Made by a program: the position numbers and the translations under genes | Source: Botryllus schlosseri | Taxonomy: Eukaryota | Direction: 5' to 3' | NCBI GenBank assembly: GCA_051294905.1 | Contig: CM119371.1 | Coordinates: 19,842,001-19,906,000, forward strand | Length of the DNA: 64,000 nt | Notes under the pieces: generated by a model | What the model saw: the letters and a program-made list of their open reading frames with translations, nothing else | What the model was told of the DNA's origin: nothing | Database searches by the model: none | Shown: positions 50,689-62,711 of the stretch, one piece after another | Layout of the letters: every line of letters begins with the position of its first letter | Position numbering within the stretch: position 1 is the stretch's first letter

Positions 50689-53008
50689 CTCTATATAATT
50701 TAAATCGAATATCTGCGTACATAGAGAAGTTGAGGAACGAACGTCATTTTCATTATCTGTGTCAAGATGGAGGCACGGAGGATGCCGTTTATTACATTTG
50801 AAACATTTTGCTCGTTTGGTACAGGATCTCGAAATGTGAGTTTTACCAGTTTTGTGGCCGCAGCCGAAACACGGTAAAGAGCATAAAATGCCTTCTTACG
50901 CTTCGCCATGGGTTTACCTTGCAATTCAGTGCAGCCAGCAATGTGATGATTTCCGTCACAACGCTAACAACTTGCCTTCTCCACTTCCTGATGTCGGATT
51001 GGTCCTTCACAAATCCGACAATCTTAACAAATAGCGGGTAACTGTCGTCGTTACCAATAAACGGCTTGTATTTGTGAACTTCATCCATTCACCGGTTCTT
51101 CAAATACAATGGTAGTTCGTTGACCACAGCCGGTATTTGACATGACGCATAGCCCAGTGTTTTCAAGCTCGTATTTCGCTCCTTGGCTGAAATTTTCAAC
51201 AGAAAGTCAGAAAACTCACGAAGCTCATGACGGGCTTCCACGCTTTCAGTTCATTGATGAAGGCGCTTCAAATCGACGTGCTACCCCCGTATCTGAGTTT
51301 CAACTCTCTCTTGGCAGCGAAGTAGCCTACAACTTCTCGGTTTTATTTAGGAAGTAACCATCGACAACTTTCAATGGAACATCAACTAAATATTGCCGTA
51401 ACAAATTCATTTTTTGTTGGTATTTCGAACTCGGACTTCACCAACGCCTCAAACGACGCTTCCCATTAGGGAAAATCCAAAGGGTAACCAGTAAACGTCC
51501 GTAAGCGAATACTTGGAAGTCTTTGAGCAAATATCATCTCCCTCATCATTGATAGAAGTAACTCCTCGCTGCGTTGGAGACCACCTACAGTGCCGCAAGC
51601 ATTCAAGCTCGATGTTGTGACCTTCGGGGCTACGCCGGACCTACTCACGGGATCACGCAAAGTCTGTGCATTACGTGCAAACATTGGCACAAAGTTATCG
51701 GAATAGACGTTAAGCCTATTAGTTACTGGTGGTGCAGACGGTGCGCGAGCGATGTGTCCCGCGATCGTATTGATTGAATGCTCGACGCGAGAATAATCAG
51801 CCACGCGAAAGTTATTGGCTACCTACCACGCGAGTACTAAATTGTGGTCGGTCACGAACATCAACTGGATCTTCTACAGGATTTCTCGCTGGTGGGATTT
51901 CGTTAACGGCGATGTCTGTTGTTTGATCGTGACGTGAAACCACTTGTGGCTCCATGCGTGAAGAAGGCTCACGCGAGAGATCCTCCAACTCTTCCATCAG
52001 ACCGAACGGATTTTCCACTTTCTCCACTTCCCTGCACTCTCTTACGATCGCTTCTAGCGCGGCGATCTGCTTCTTCGTTTTGAGTGCATCACGCTCCTGC
52101 TTTATTTTGTTTTCGAGCAGCACCTTTTTTGATTCGAGAGAGGCATTTTGTGTTTCGAGCGAAGCAATCTTTTCAGCGAGTTCAGTTTCGAGTTCCTTTT
52201 CTTTCTGCTTGAAAGTTGAGCCTGATTTCAACACGGCTGCCTTTTCCCTTTCCTTCGCATCTCGTATCTTTTGAATATGATATTTGACACTGCCTGCTTT
52301 GGAATAACTTCCGGACGACTTGGTTCGACTCGACCGACTCGAACGCAAACGTTCATCGCTTCTAATATCCTCTAGACCAGTGGTTCCCAACCTGGCTTCC
52401 GGACGTTGGAAATCTCCTTCGCATGGGACATCGTCGTCTGGAAGTACATCTTTCATTAGTTTCAGAATAATCTCAAACTGTCTTCTGTGCTGTAGGCATC
52501 AGTTTCAAGGACTCCCCAACTTCACTTTCATCACTCGAGATTATTGCGATCTCGGAGCATTTTTCCATTCTTCGGCTCAAATGTTCAGTACTTTCTGAAT
52601 ATCTTGCCTTTGTTTCTTTGCTCTTACTGCGTGTCGCCGCCGGCCGCTTCTTCGCTGGATCAGACGGTCCTTCATGTTCGCCTGCATTGCGGTCGTTGCG
52701 CGGTACATTAGCGTCATACGCGGACGTTGCGCCCATACATGCGCGTTTCGATGGGCCTTATCGGCGTCATCAGCGGAAGTTGCATCCACATGCGTGATGG
52801 TTCCATTGGCTTCATCGGATGCCTTTACATCATGATCACTCATCTCGTGATTGGTTGGCGTATTTTCTTTCGAAGCCATCTTCGAATTGCTTCAGTCTCC
52901 CGTTCTGGTCTACTCAAACTGCTGTCGAGCTGATCCTGTCCGTCGAAAGGCTGACCTTCCAAACTGTTTTCGCTGATCGGATCTTTCGACAGGCTAATGT
53001 TTTAAAAC

Positions 53009-53402
53009 TGTAACTGCTCCTAACTTAAGGACAGTTATCGAAACCACTTTTTGAATTGAACTCAAATTGCACGACTGATCCAGACAAATGATGATCCGTA
53101 GATGAAGGTAGGAATGATATGTATTGCAATATTCGACGTAACGAAGGAATATCCAAATACAACAAGTAAAACTAGGTCGTGAAATTTGGTTTTAAAATAG
53201 TGGTCGCCTGCGGTAGAGTTAGATAGAGACAAGCCTGCACGATGAAGAACACAAGTTAGTGACTATAGCGACCACACATAATGCAACGCAAGAAACAACG
53301 TCAATACAGCAAACCAAATAAACTGAAGAGGCGACGCCCAATCAACATATATGAAGGACGAAACACGCGGCGCCTTATCAACGAATGATAATAGTCACTA
53401 CA
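53009..53402 (-). repeat. Probable 5' LTR of the Bel/Pao element
   Basis: TGTAG...TTACA ends, 130 bp upstream of the gag ATG at 52879; no partner LTR to confirm. Confidence 0.5.
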
Positions 53403-54066
53403 GTAAACACTGCAGATTAATGCAGTAACATCCGTAATTGTAGACCTGTGATACACAACATTAGCAAATCCAAACTAATATCGTAATATATCCAACATTT
53501 CATCCGCGAAGCAATTCTGAGTAGATTGCAAATGCTTGCATTATCCTGCACCTTTCTAATAAATACTTTCATTAAATAATCTCTCATAAGGGCACATGCC
53601 GAACGTGTCCATTGCCCATAGGCCTCATTATAACTATCCGACAGCGGTTTCGCTCTAGTCAGCGATAAGAACAAGTCGGTGACATTGGGACCCGATTACG
53701 AGAAGGCAACAGAGTCCACACCATATTCAGAGTTCTATGAGGACATGGACTAAAATTAGACATTCACAGACGTGAAAACGCGGTGGTCTGGTAATCTTGA
53801 GGGTCGACTAGTATTGATTCAGTAAAAATTGCTTGTATTGCGATTTGAATGTTGACATGCTCGACGACGGTCGGATAGCCGCGAGATACTGTTCCACACT
53901 ACAAGGAGGCATACTACTTGATAGAGCACTGCGTTTTCTTGAATTTGGTCCTGATCATATGGTAGTTGTTCTTCCAGGACGCGTGTGTGTAGTAGTTGTG
54001 AGCTTTTGATTCCAAATTCAAGTACTGGGACTGTGAATCCTAAATCAAGATATTTCTCAGAAACAA

Positions 54067-54144
54067 TGACGTATTACAAGAATTTCACTCTCCAGGCGAT
54101 GCAACCTGACGTATTACAAGAATTTCACTCTCCAGGCGATGCAA
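54067..54144. repeat. Tandem duplication, 40-bp period
   Basis: TGACGTATTACAAGAATTTCACTCTCCAGGCGATGCAA twice, exact. Confidence 0.95.
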
Positions 54145-57100
54145 ACTAACGTAACTATAGAGCAGTGGTTCCCAGCATTTTGTTTTACTGCGTACCACCT
54201 CGAGTTTCTATGATGCACTTACGTACCAACAAGAACTAACGGAAAACTCAACTTTATTCGTAGTGCATATATGATACTCAACATGGTTGGATCAGCAAAA
54301 TATTAAGCCAGACGTGGTGTCGTAGTAGTAGCATTACAGTCCGAGTCTACCCCAGACGTCGCGTTGTCAGGCCGCAATTAGGGTTGTCCAAAATTTGGAA
54401 AATCTCAAAAAGTCTCCGTGATTGTGTCTCATTCTATATAGATTATTGATAAAAAACAACAATTAGCCTGAAAGAAGCTTACAGGAAAGCCGTTAAGATT
54501 TCGGACAAAGCGTTTGAAAGTAGCTGCTCAAGAATGGGCGTGCCACTGACCATAGAACGGCGAGAAGACTAGTCATCAAATAACCACGGCTCTTGATTGG
54601 CTAATCGGCTATGCTTCAATGACCACGGCAGCAGCAGCTTGCTGATTAGGTGTTCAATAAGTCTGCTACCGGCGAGGATTCTGAGTGCGCATTGTTAGTA
54701 GTTTGGCAGGTGATGATTTAAGATCAATTCAGGACATGTTGAGGTACGAAATACATGATGAACAAACAACACCTGCTTCACAGAAGCTTTTACAGCATGA
54801 CTGCTTTATTGTGAAGGAAACGGCTGAAGCCTACATGTCGTGTTTTGATCGAGAGAAAGCAAAGGCGCTTATGCAAGTGTTTCGAGTTCACATAAGAACG
54901 CGACCTCGGGTCGGGTATCATAACAGATTTCACAAATGATAACGTCGAATTCGAAATTTCTTATTTATGAGGAAATTGGCGATGAATTAGCTCGGTCGAT
55001 GGAGTAACGACGGCCCTCCTTGCTAAACATTAGGTATTCGGGCCTCTAACACATCCCCTGATTGGCATGGTTTGGTATCCGCGCAAATACACCTTCGCCG
55101 TTGCTATGAATTGTTCACAGATCGTTTCTGCAGATTCAAATAATGTTTTGATTCAACATTCTATCGTTCGGTAAACTGATGTAGCATTTTTGCTATGTTG
55201 GGATAGTAAAGGCCAATGTGTGCGATACAATCGCCAATGTCGGTAGCCTGGTTTAAGCTCAGGCTCGAAATCGAAAAACTATTTCCTAATTTGATTACGT
55301 CACAAAAGTGACAAACACGGATTGTCCAGGACCATGTCTTCTCGTTATTACCACATTACATCGAACATTTATTGAACGTTATACATACCTTTTTTTCTCG
55401 CCCCCGATAGTCTACCTGTCTTTTTGGCTGAATGTGTGAAAGCAGGACAAGAGATACCATAGCACTGAACGACGTACAGTTGCTTCTCACGCAACCGAAT
55501 TATACCAAATTCATTGATGCAGCAGATTACGCATTGGACATTTCATTTAAACATGGCAAGATATCAAGCCGAGTCGCCAACTTATTTGAAACGCGAAATG
55601 GCGAGAGCTCCCGCTGTGTTCTAACATGATAGCTAAATTGGCATTCTTATTATATATCACTTCGGTATATCTACTGGCGGTTATCACCTTATAGAGATTG
55701 TGTAACCTGTATGAGTAAAGAGTATCCACGGCGTTTAAAAAATAGTTTAGATTAGATAACTCGAGTCACACCAAATTTTCATGTCATCAAATATTATAGT
55801 TCGCAAAGCATTCTGAACCTTTCCGCAGTACTCAAAAAGGACCACAATAAATATCATCATTTATTTAAAGTATCGATCGCAAATGTTTAATTCTGGGCCG
55901 CCACGGCCCAATAACGATCTGGTAATATGTAGGATATGTAGTTTTTGTTTAATTTCTTGTCAACAAGTTCTTCGCGTGATATCGTGGGGATAGTTTTGCC
56001 AAGGCTACTATGTTGGGTACAATAGCCAATAAGGCAGAAAATATGGCTTGATCATGATATTCCTTGCTTACATTTTTATTACACATATTGGTTTGAATTC
56101 ATGATGAGATTTGTTCGAATGGTACTCTAGAAAACACCGTCGAAGACCGTTGGATTGTTTTGTCTATGGGTGCGCAACTATAGCCAATGCGGAACACATT
56201 CATTTCGAGGCCAGCCTCTTCTACGTCGGGACACATGAGGACGAGAAGTTTTGGCCAACATACCGCTTGGAATGTGCGTTGCCAAAAAGACAAAACCTTG
56301 GCCAAAAGTTACAGTAGCTGATTGTCCAAAACTTTCGATATTGATATGATCGGCAGTACGAACTTCGAAGGCGTCGCGCAGAGGAAAATAATTCACCCCA
56401 ATTTGATGTCGCGTGCGTCAGACATGCTTCGTAGAGCTGTGTTGCGTACAATTGTTGTGAGCGCGTTCTCTATGTTATACATGCCAGTAAAACCGTAATA
56501 TATAGGCCTACTATTATAAAATTTAAACTACATTCTCTTTTGATGTGCGGGGCTGGGGTCGTGAGATGTTACTAACACTAAAATTGCAGCAACATATCAA
56601 AAGCTAGCGATCTGTAAAGCGCCTACTAATCTTAATAGCTTTGGGGCTTATTTTCCAAGCCATCATCAGGCAGAAGCAGAAAAACAAACTTGAGGTGGTT
56701 TCACCCCTACGACGAACTGCAGCCTCCGAGAGGTTTCTCTCATACTCTTGATAGACTCCATCTTCTGTCAGCATCAACTTCGCAGGCAAGACCGATTCGA
56801 CATGCTCTTAACCGACCTCGTAATGGCTTCGACTTGCAACATGATATTATAGGGTTACCATACGTCCGGAGTTTCCCGGTCATGTCCGGAATTTCACTGC
56901 AAAAACTGCGTCGGGAGTGAATTCTGAATTATGCCTGAATGTCTGGAAGTTTGAAGGCTTGAAGTAAACAATATTATTTGCAGGCAGATTTATGCTATTT
57001 GAAATTTTTCGTCGCCCTGGTCGCGATTAAGTGCTACGCATATGGATATGAATATGGCGACCATGCACCGCCCTCGCAAAAATGCATTCATAAATAATTT

Positions 57101-59975
57101 TAAAAAACATCATTTACTGAAATAAGCCTAATCGTAATCGCAATTATAATATAACGGTATATTCCTAGAGTTGGTGAAAACGGTTTGGATGCTTTAGTCC
57201 AAGACAGTTCTAAACTATATCTAACAACCAAATACATATAGTAAGTCCCCAAGAAGTTGTATCCCTTACCCTATGGCCTATGGTGAACCCAAGATCCGTG
57301 CTTTTTGGGCGGACTGTGGATGAAAAATGTTGTTGCGAACCTGGTTGCAACACACAACCAGAAAACCGGACCGACCTAACAGGATTATAGTAGTGGTGGC
57401 AAGCACCCGAGCGGTGGACCGGAAAAGGTTTACCAGGTCACCAGATGTTTTCATCTGACCCGTGAGGAAATCTGGTGCAGATCCAAGCAAACCCCAGAAC
57501 TCACATTAGAGATTGTTCTATTCAGAACCTATGTTCCACCCCACTCCTGTATACAGTCGATAGGCGAAACTTTTCTAGTGTGACTTCATATTGACTGACC
57601 ATGTGTTCACCGTTGATATCTCATTGCAAAATCCGCTAGTTGGCGCTAAAGAGTGTCTGGAATTTGAGCAACAAAAATATGGCATCCCTATTACATCATT
57701 ACAACCAGCATGTATTAATCTTGCGAAGCTCCTTGTTGTGGAGCTATAATGGTGGCATAACGGGCCATTTCACTGCAGATAATCCGTATTTTCGATATGA
57801 TCGAACCGGATTAGGTAACGATGACGACAAGACTTATCTTACTACGCACCAAAATTGCTGAAATTTTACTCATAAAAAATCAATAAACATTCATGTTCCA
57901 GTCGAGCGAGGCACAAAAATATTTCAAAGTAAACGAACGAGTTGTTTCAATATTACTGATACTTGCATAAATTGCTAGCCGCATTTGTACCGCGGTGATC
58001 AGATTGCAAGGACAGCAATATTCGGTGCTCGGTCATTTCACAGATATGCTGGCTGCATAGTGCATATCGCAGAATGACGGAATCATCTGAACGGAATATA
58101 GCGATACCAGGAATATTTCATATCGTTGTTGAAAATAAATTAGAGCACGGGCGTCCAACTCAACTTGGTTTGCGAGCGGGATTCAAACTTTTTGCATCGC
58201 TCGCGGTCCAGACCAGTCAAATGATTTTGAACTGTTACGTCAAGTCCATACCCATGATTTTCATTTGAATACTTTGTTACCAAGCCTATGTATACAGTAG
58301 TATAGTACATTACATGACAGATCATATGAAGTCAATTCTATGAATATCTTCACTCGCAGGCAACGGCAGTGACAAAAATATGATGGTTGGCCAAGTGACT
58401 CGCTAATCAGTTAATTGGTGTATTTCTATGCTCCCGGTATTCTCGACGAAAAGTGTACTGAGAGGGAAACAAAAGAGTTAACTGTAAACGCCGACTTTGC
58501 AAGTTGGATCATTACTATTAATATGTCACCATTCTGGGTTATCCGGAGACAGGGATATTGTGATTCAGTGGTTATACTGGAGTGTGACCACGGATTCTTT
58601 GTGAACTATCATAGTATACCTGCAAGCTATACATATTATGGTTTCGCATTAGCGTTTTGGCATCTGGGATTATAGCTACATTTTCCCTTAAAAACTCAAA
58701 ATTAAGTGTGCATTTTTTGGCATTTTCCGAATATGGTGTCAAAGTCACTGACTATAATCTGTCCTCTGAACATATGCTGATTTGAGGGAGAAGTAGGCCT
58801 ATCCATCATAAAAAAGCTCAATAATTGATAAAAATGTACTGAAAATGCAAGCATGTTCCAATCTGCTCAGAATTTCTCCGCGGGCCGGATGAAATCGTCT
58901 GACAGGCCGGATGCAGCCTGTGGGGCCGCATGTTTGCCACGCATGAGTCAGACACGTTTCTCTGAATTACATACGTCTTTCTTCTCTGTTAATTTTCGGG
59001 AAAGGTTGTAGAAGCAAATATTGGCACTAAATCGCGTGAAGCGCGAAGAAACAATATGTCTCGAAATACTCTTCTTTATGAACGATTTACAACTATTTTC
59101 GAAAATGCATGATCGCACGGTTAATTGTGTCTATACGGCAATGCGTCGATACTGTTTTAATAGTCATCAGCATCCCAAATTTTGCGGTCGCGCTAATTAT
59201 GTTATTGGTTGACCTTGCAAGTTCTCAATAATGGGCTATTTATTTTTATGAGGGTGAAGCTCATTTGGAAAATTACCATGCGGGCAACTCGAAACCATCG
59301 AATAAATCACGCTTTCTCCATGTCCGCCTATATTATTTTGTTTCGTAATATTTTACTACTCTCAGTGGTCTGTTTCCAGCTCACAAAGACCCAATATTCA
59401 CACCAGCACTGTTTGCATTCTCAGAGATTCTTTTGACCTCGAGAACATTTTTGCCCCACGGAACTCAGATAAATGGTTTCACGAGAAATGACTCACTGAC
59501 CATGCCACTGCGCGTATCATGATCTTATTTTACACTGACACTTGGCGGTGACGCATGGCATTACGTTATTAACAATCCTGATAGTGCGATATCTCAAACG
59601 AAATTCTTGAGAATCAATAAAGTATACGAGTATCCTAGAGTTGCTTCGACCTGTACCTGGATATACGATCATGATGTCCTTCAAACTCCCCAATCGTCGA
59701 ATAACCGCGAAGCAGCCTTCATAGATATTGGCATAGGCTATAGGCACAGATCCGCGACATTGTCTTACTAGTCACTTTTGTATTTTTGGATTTCTAACTT
59801 TTTATATAGCTTTACTAAATATGCCTTGGTACGGATTCTTCCTTACGTGGAAACAGTCGCAATCGAACCGTCTGGTGCCTTCACAAGCATTATGCAAGTA
59901 AATTTATTATTAACGTTTAATACATCAGCACAAAAGAATGACATATGCTCCCGCTCTGTTTAGTTGTGGCGATCA

Positions 59976-60047
59976 TCAAAGTCCATTCAAAGTCGTCTGC
60001 GTACGGCACACAGCTCTTTCGTAGTGACACAGCTTCTGCACAATGGC
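59976..60047 (-). CDS. Single-IB-domain gene 4, exon 3
   Basis: ttcgttccag acceptor; AIVQKLCHYERAVCRTQTTLNGL*; AATAAA at 59903-59908. Confidence 0.87.
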   Translation of the reverse strand, partial: AIVQKLCHYERAVCRTQTTLNGL

Positions 60048-60127
60048 CTGGAACGAATATAATTGTAGCTATTCAGACCGGTGAATTCCATTCCAAGAGT
60101 TTAGGTTACGAATTTGAATCGCTATGA

Positions 60128-60666
60128 CAGTGGTTCCCAACCGGCGGAAATTCCCTCTAGTGGGGAATTCAATGGTTTGTGGTTGGGGAACAGACGCATC
60201 TGTTGAACAATACATACAGGATAGTCTACATATTTACGGAGACACATGCGCGATCGCCATTACCGGTTCACTGCTCTGGAATGTATGGATCGAAAATTAT
60301 AAATTGAAAGTGTCCTAGAAGGACGCCTAATTCCTAAATCATTTTTGGGAATTTCCCTGAAAAGGATTTGAATGCCACGAAAAATGCGACTCCGACGCGG
60401 CGAACGTCAGAGTTTCGTAAAAATATCGGGAGCAGAGTCGAAAATGATAACGTTTCTTTAGTCAACACAATAGCATCGGTCCAAAATTTTTTTAAATCAC
60501 CACTTTTCTTGGAGATTTCGGAATTCATTAAAAGTGTTCTCTTTTTAGGATCTCAAAATACGGTAATCCTATTTTAAAGGGTATATATGATTTTTGGGTA
60601 GTGGGGAATGTAGACTCGGAATAAATCTGAAGTGGGGAATGAGAGTAGAAAGGTTGGGAACCACTG
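60128..60666. mobile_element. hAT MITE in gene 4 intron 2
   Basis: CAGTGGTTCCCAACC TIRs; TSD CGCTATGA/CGCTATAT. Confidence 0.85.
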
Positions 60667-61380
60667 CGCTATATAGGGACTGAACTGCAAAGAAGCATGT
60701 GCAGCGCTGTTACTGAGGCAAAACCGACTCCTCATTTTTTTGGAACCCCGGCTGATTGCCCAAACGTGATTAATAAATCAAAATAGATGCAGTATTCTGG
60801 CGAACACTCGTCAAACTGGAATTTTTTTTCGTACTTGCGCACTGATGTTCGCTGCAATTTTGCAACGATACCGAACTGTGCAAGAAATCTGAAACTGCTG
60901 GCGATCACAATGCAATGAATTGTGTGCAGGGAAGAAAGTCAAGCGTATCGCTGCCTTTCGAATTGATTTTTCTCTTATCTGACCTCAACATTATCGCCGA
61001 TGCATTAGAATTCATACATGACTGAAAACTCCAGATTTAATGATATTTAGATTGAAATCATTATCATTCATATTATTTTTTTTCATACGCGAGTTGCAAA
61101 ACTATTTTGCCTTCAAATAGATGTCGACCGGGGTGGGTGAGTCTGCGTCGTACTTTGAGATGTGAACATAAACGTGTCAGTGAACGATTTCCTGAGGTAT
61201 ATGCAATCAATTTGAGAAACCAAAAGTTGGCTCATTTACATGGTTCTGGCAAAATTGCCAAAGTATGGAATGTACGGAATAAATTCCCATACCCTAACAT
61301 GAATGTTTTCATATTCCATATCGAAAATTCGTTACATATCATACCATACCCTACCATACCATGGCCTGCCTCAAACCTAC

Positions 61381-61561
61381 CACATCGGACTCTTTCATGC
61401 ATATGCCATAATTTCCCACGATTATGAATTGCGCATTCGGATCTTCACCGCATATAGGGCTGTCGACGCAAGTGAGGCCCTTATTAAAGTCGCACGTTCC
61501 CGCTCTTCCGAACGGCCCGCCGCATTTTTCGTAGAGCTGCTTCGAACACACATCGCAACAT
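61381..61561 (-). CDS. Single-IB-domain gene 4, exon 2 (exon 1 not found, probably beyond 64000)
   Basis: ctgttccag acceptor, gtaggt donor; CCDVCSKQLYEKCGGPFGRAGTCDFNKGLTCVDSPICGEDPNAQFIIVGNYGICMKESDV. Confidence 0.9.
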
Positions 61562-61849
61562 CTGGAACAGGGATATTTGTAAATCCGAATCCTTTTGGGT
61601 CTCTAGGTAATAAATCCACGTCGAAGCACGAATATTTGAAAAATCGCATACATAAGGCAAACTAAAAAAAATTTCATGTCCAAAAATTATAAATTCAAAT
61701 CGAGCCACAGTCTTTGAAAACAGATTTTGCAAATCTAAACATTCATCCGTGCTCAATGCTCAGACTTTGTCAGAAGAGCACGCGCGCTCTAGCGCGCAGC
61801 TTAGTGGGAACATTAGTCTCCGATATAATGACATGTCAACAGTCAAGAT

Positions 61850-62711
61850 CAGTGGTTCCCAATTTTTTGGTGTCGGAGCTGCATTTCAAGTTTCCGAGTA
61901 CGTTTGGAGCCGCACAAACACACTCATGAGGTATAACAAAAATTATAAAACATGAAAGCACCTACCAACGAATAGCAACTCTAACAAGGAAACAAAACAA
62001 AAAAAATCAAGTTCATGTTGAACTTGGCATTGACTTTGAGCTACATACATAAGTTGATTACAATCGAGAATCGTTTTTCCGGGCACTGGTTATCAAGTTG
62101 GGATACTTTGCCTCTGTAACTTGACTCCAAAATTCAAGTAAGTTTTCACTTTTAAATAATTGCTCGAGCTCGACATCTGACCGCATGTCTAGCAACTCAA
62201 GTTGAAAATTAGTAGGGGCGGTGGTCACATTCTATGCAATAGAATTCGGAAATATTTTCATCATGTGCAAGAAAGCATTCATTCCGTCAATGCGGCGGTT
62301 GAACCCATCAATAATGTTGCTGATAAGCCTGTTGCATGAATCAGATGATCCGTTAGTTTGATGGTCAGATACAGTTGGAAAATCTGTTGTAACACCACCT
62401 GGACTTAAGTCTGGGAGTGAGCCGACTTAAATCTGAGAGCCGATACCAACGCATTTGAGTGTGAGTATTTTGGCGTGAGAACGAAATCGTTACTGAAGAG
62501 AGATTAGTTACTCGACTGCAGAGGAATTGGTCTATAAATAGAAACTCCAGACTCCAAGCCAAGCAAGGGTAACTTTTGTACCATGAATTTAATTTTTTTG
62601 TTATATATTGATTTTTTAATATTTTGCGTGATTTTCAAACGTCGATGGGAGCCGAAAGGGGGCTAGCTGGGAGCCGCATGCGTCTCTCAGAGCCACCATG
62701 GGGAATCACTG
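61850..62711. mobile_element. hAT MITE in gene 4 intron 1
   Basis: CAGTGGTTCCC/GGGAATCACTG; perfect TSD GTCAAGAT. Confidence 0.88.

Larger units (their letters stand above)
45890..53402 (-). mobile_element. Decayed, 3'-truncated Bel/Pao LTR retrotransposon
   Basis: Gag LPSIRLRTFTGYPLDFP, Cys/His knuckles near 50750-50950, protease region, HLEMPL..LPNN, RT VFDCSA..SLND..RFRKG..ADIEDMFH..LRFLW..HLFGAKSSP; many stops and frameshifts; no RNase H, integrase or 3' LTR seen. Confidence 0.9.

Noticed and set aside
51812..52879. Coiled-coil and low-complexity ORFs as a host gene
   Set aside because: Colinear with Bel/Pao gag motifs; they are the broken gag N-terminus
60810..60890. ISCTVRYRC after a tttcag acceptor as exon 3 of gene 4
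   Set aside because: Lacks KLC-x6-C; 59976-60047 matches the family and has AATAAA
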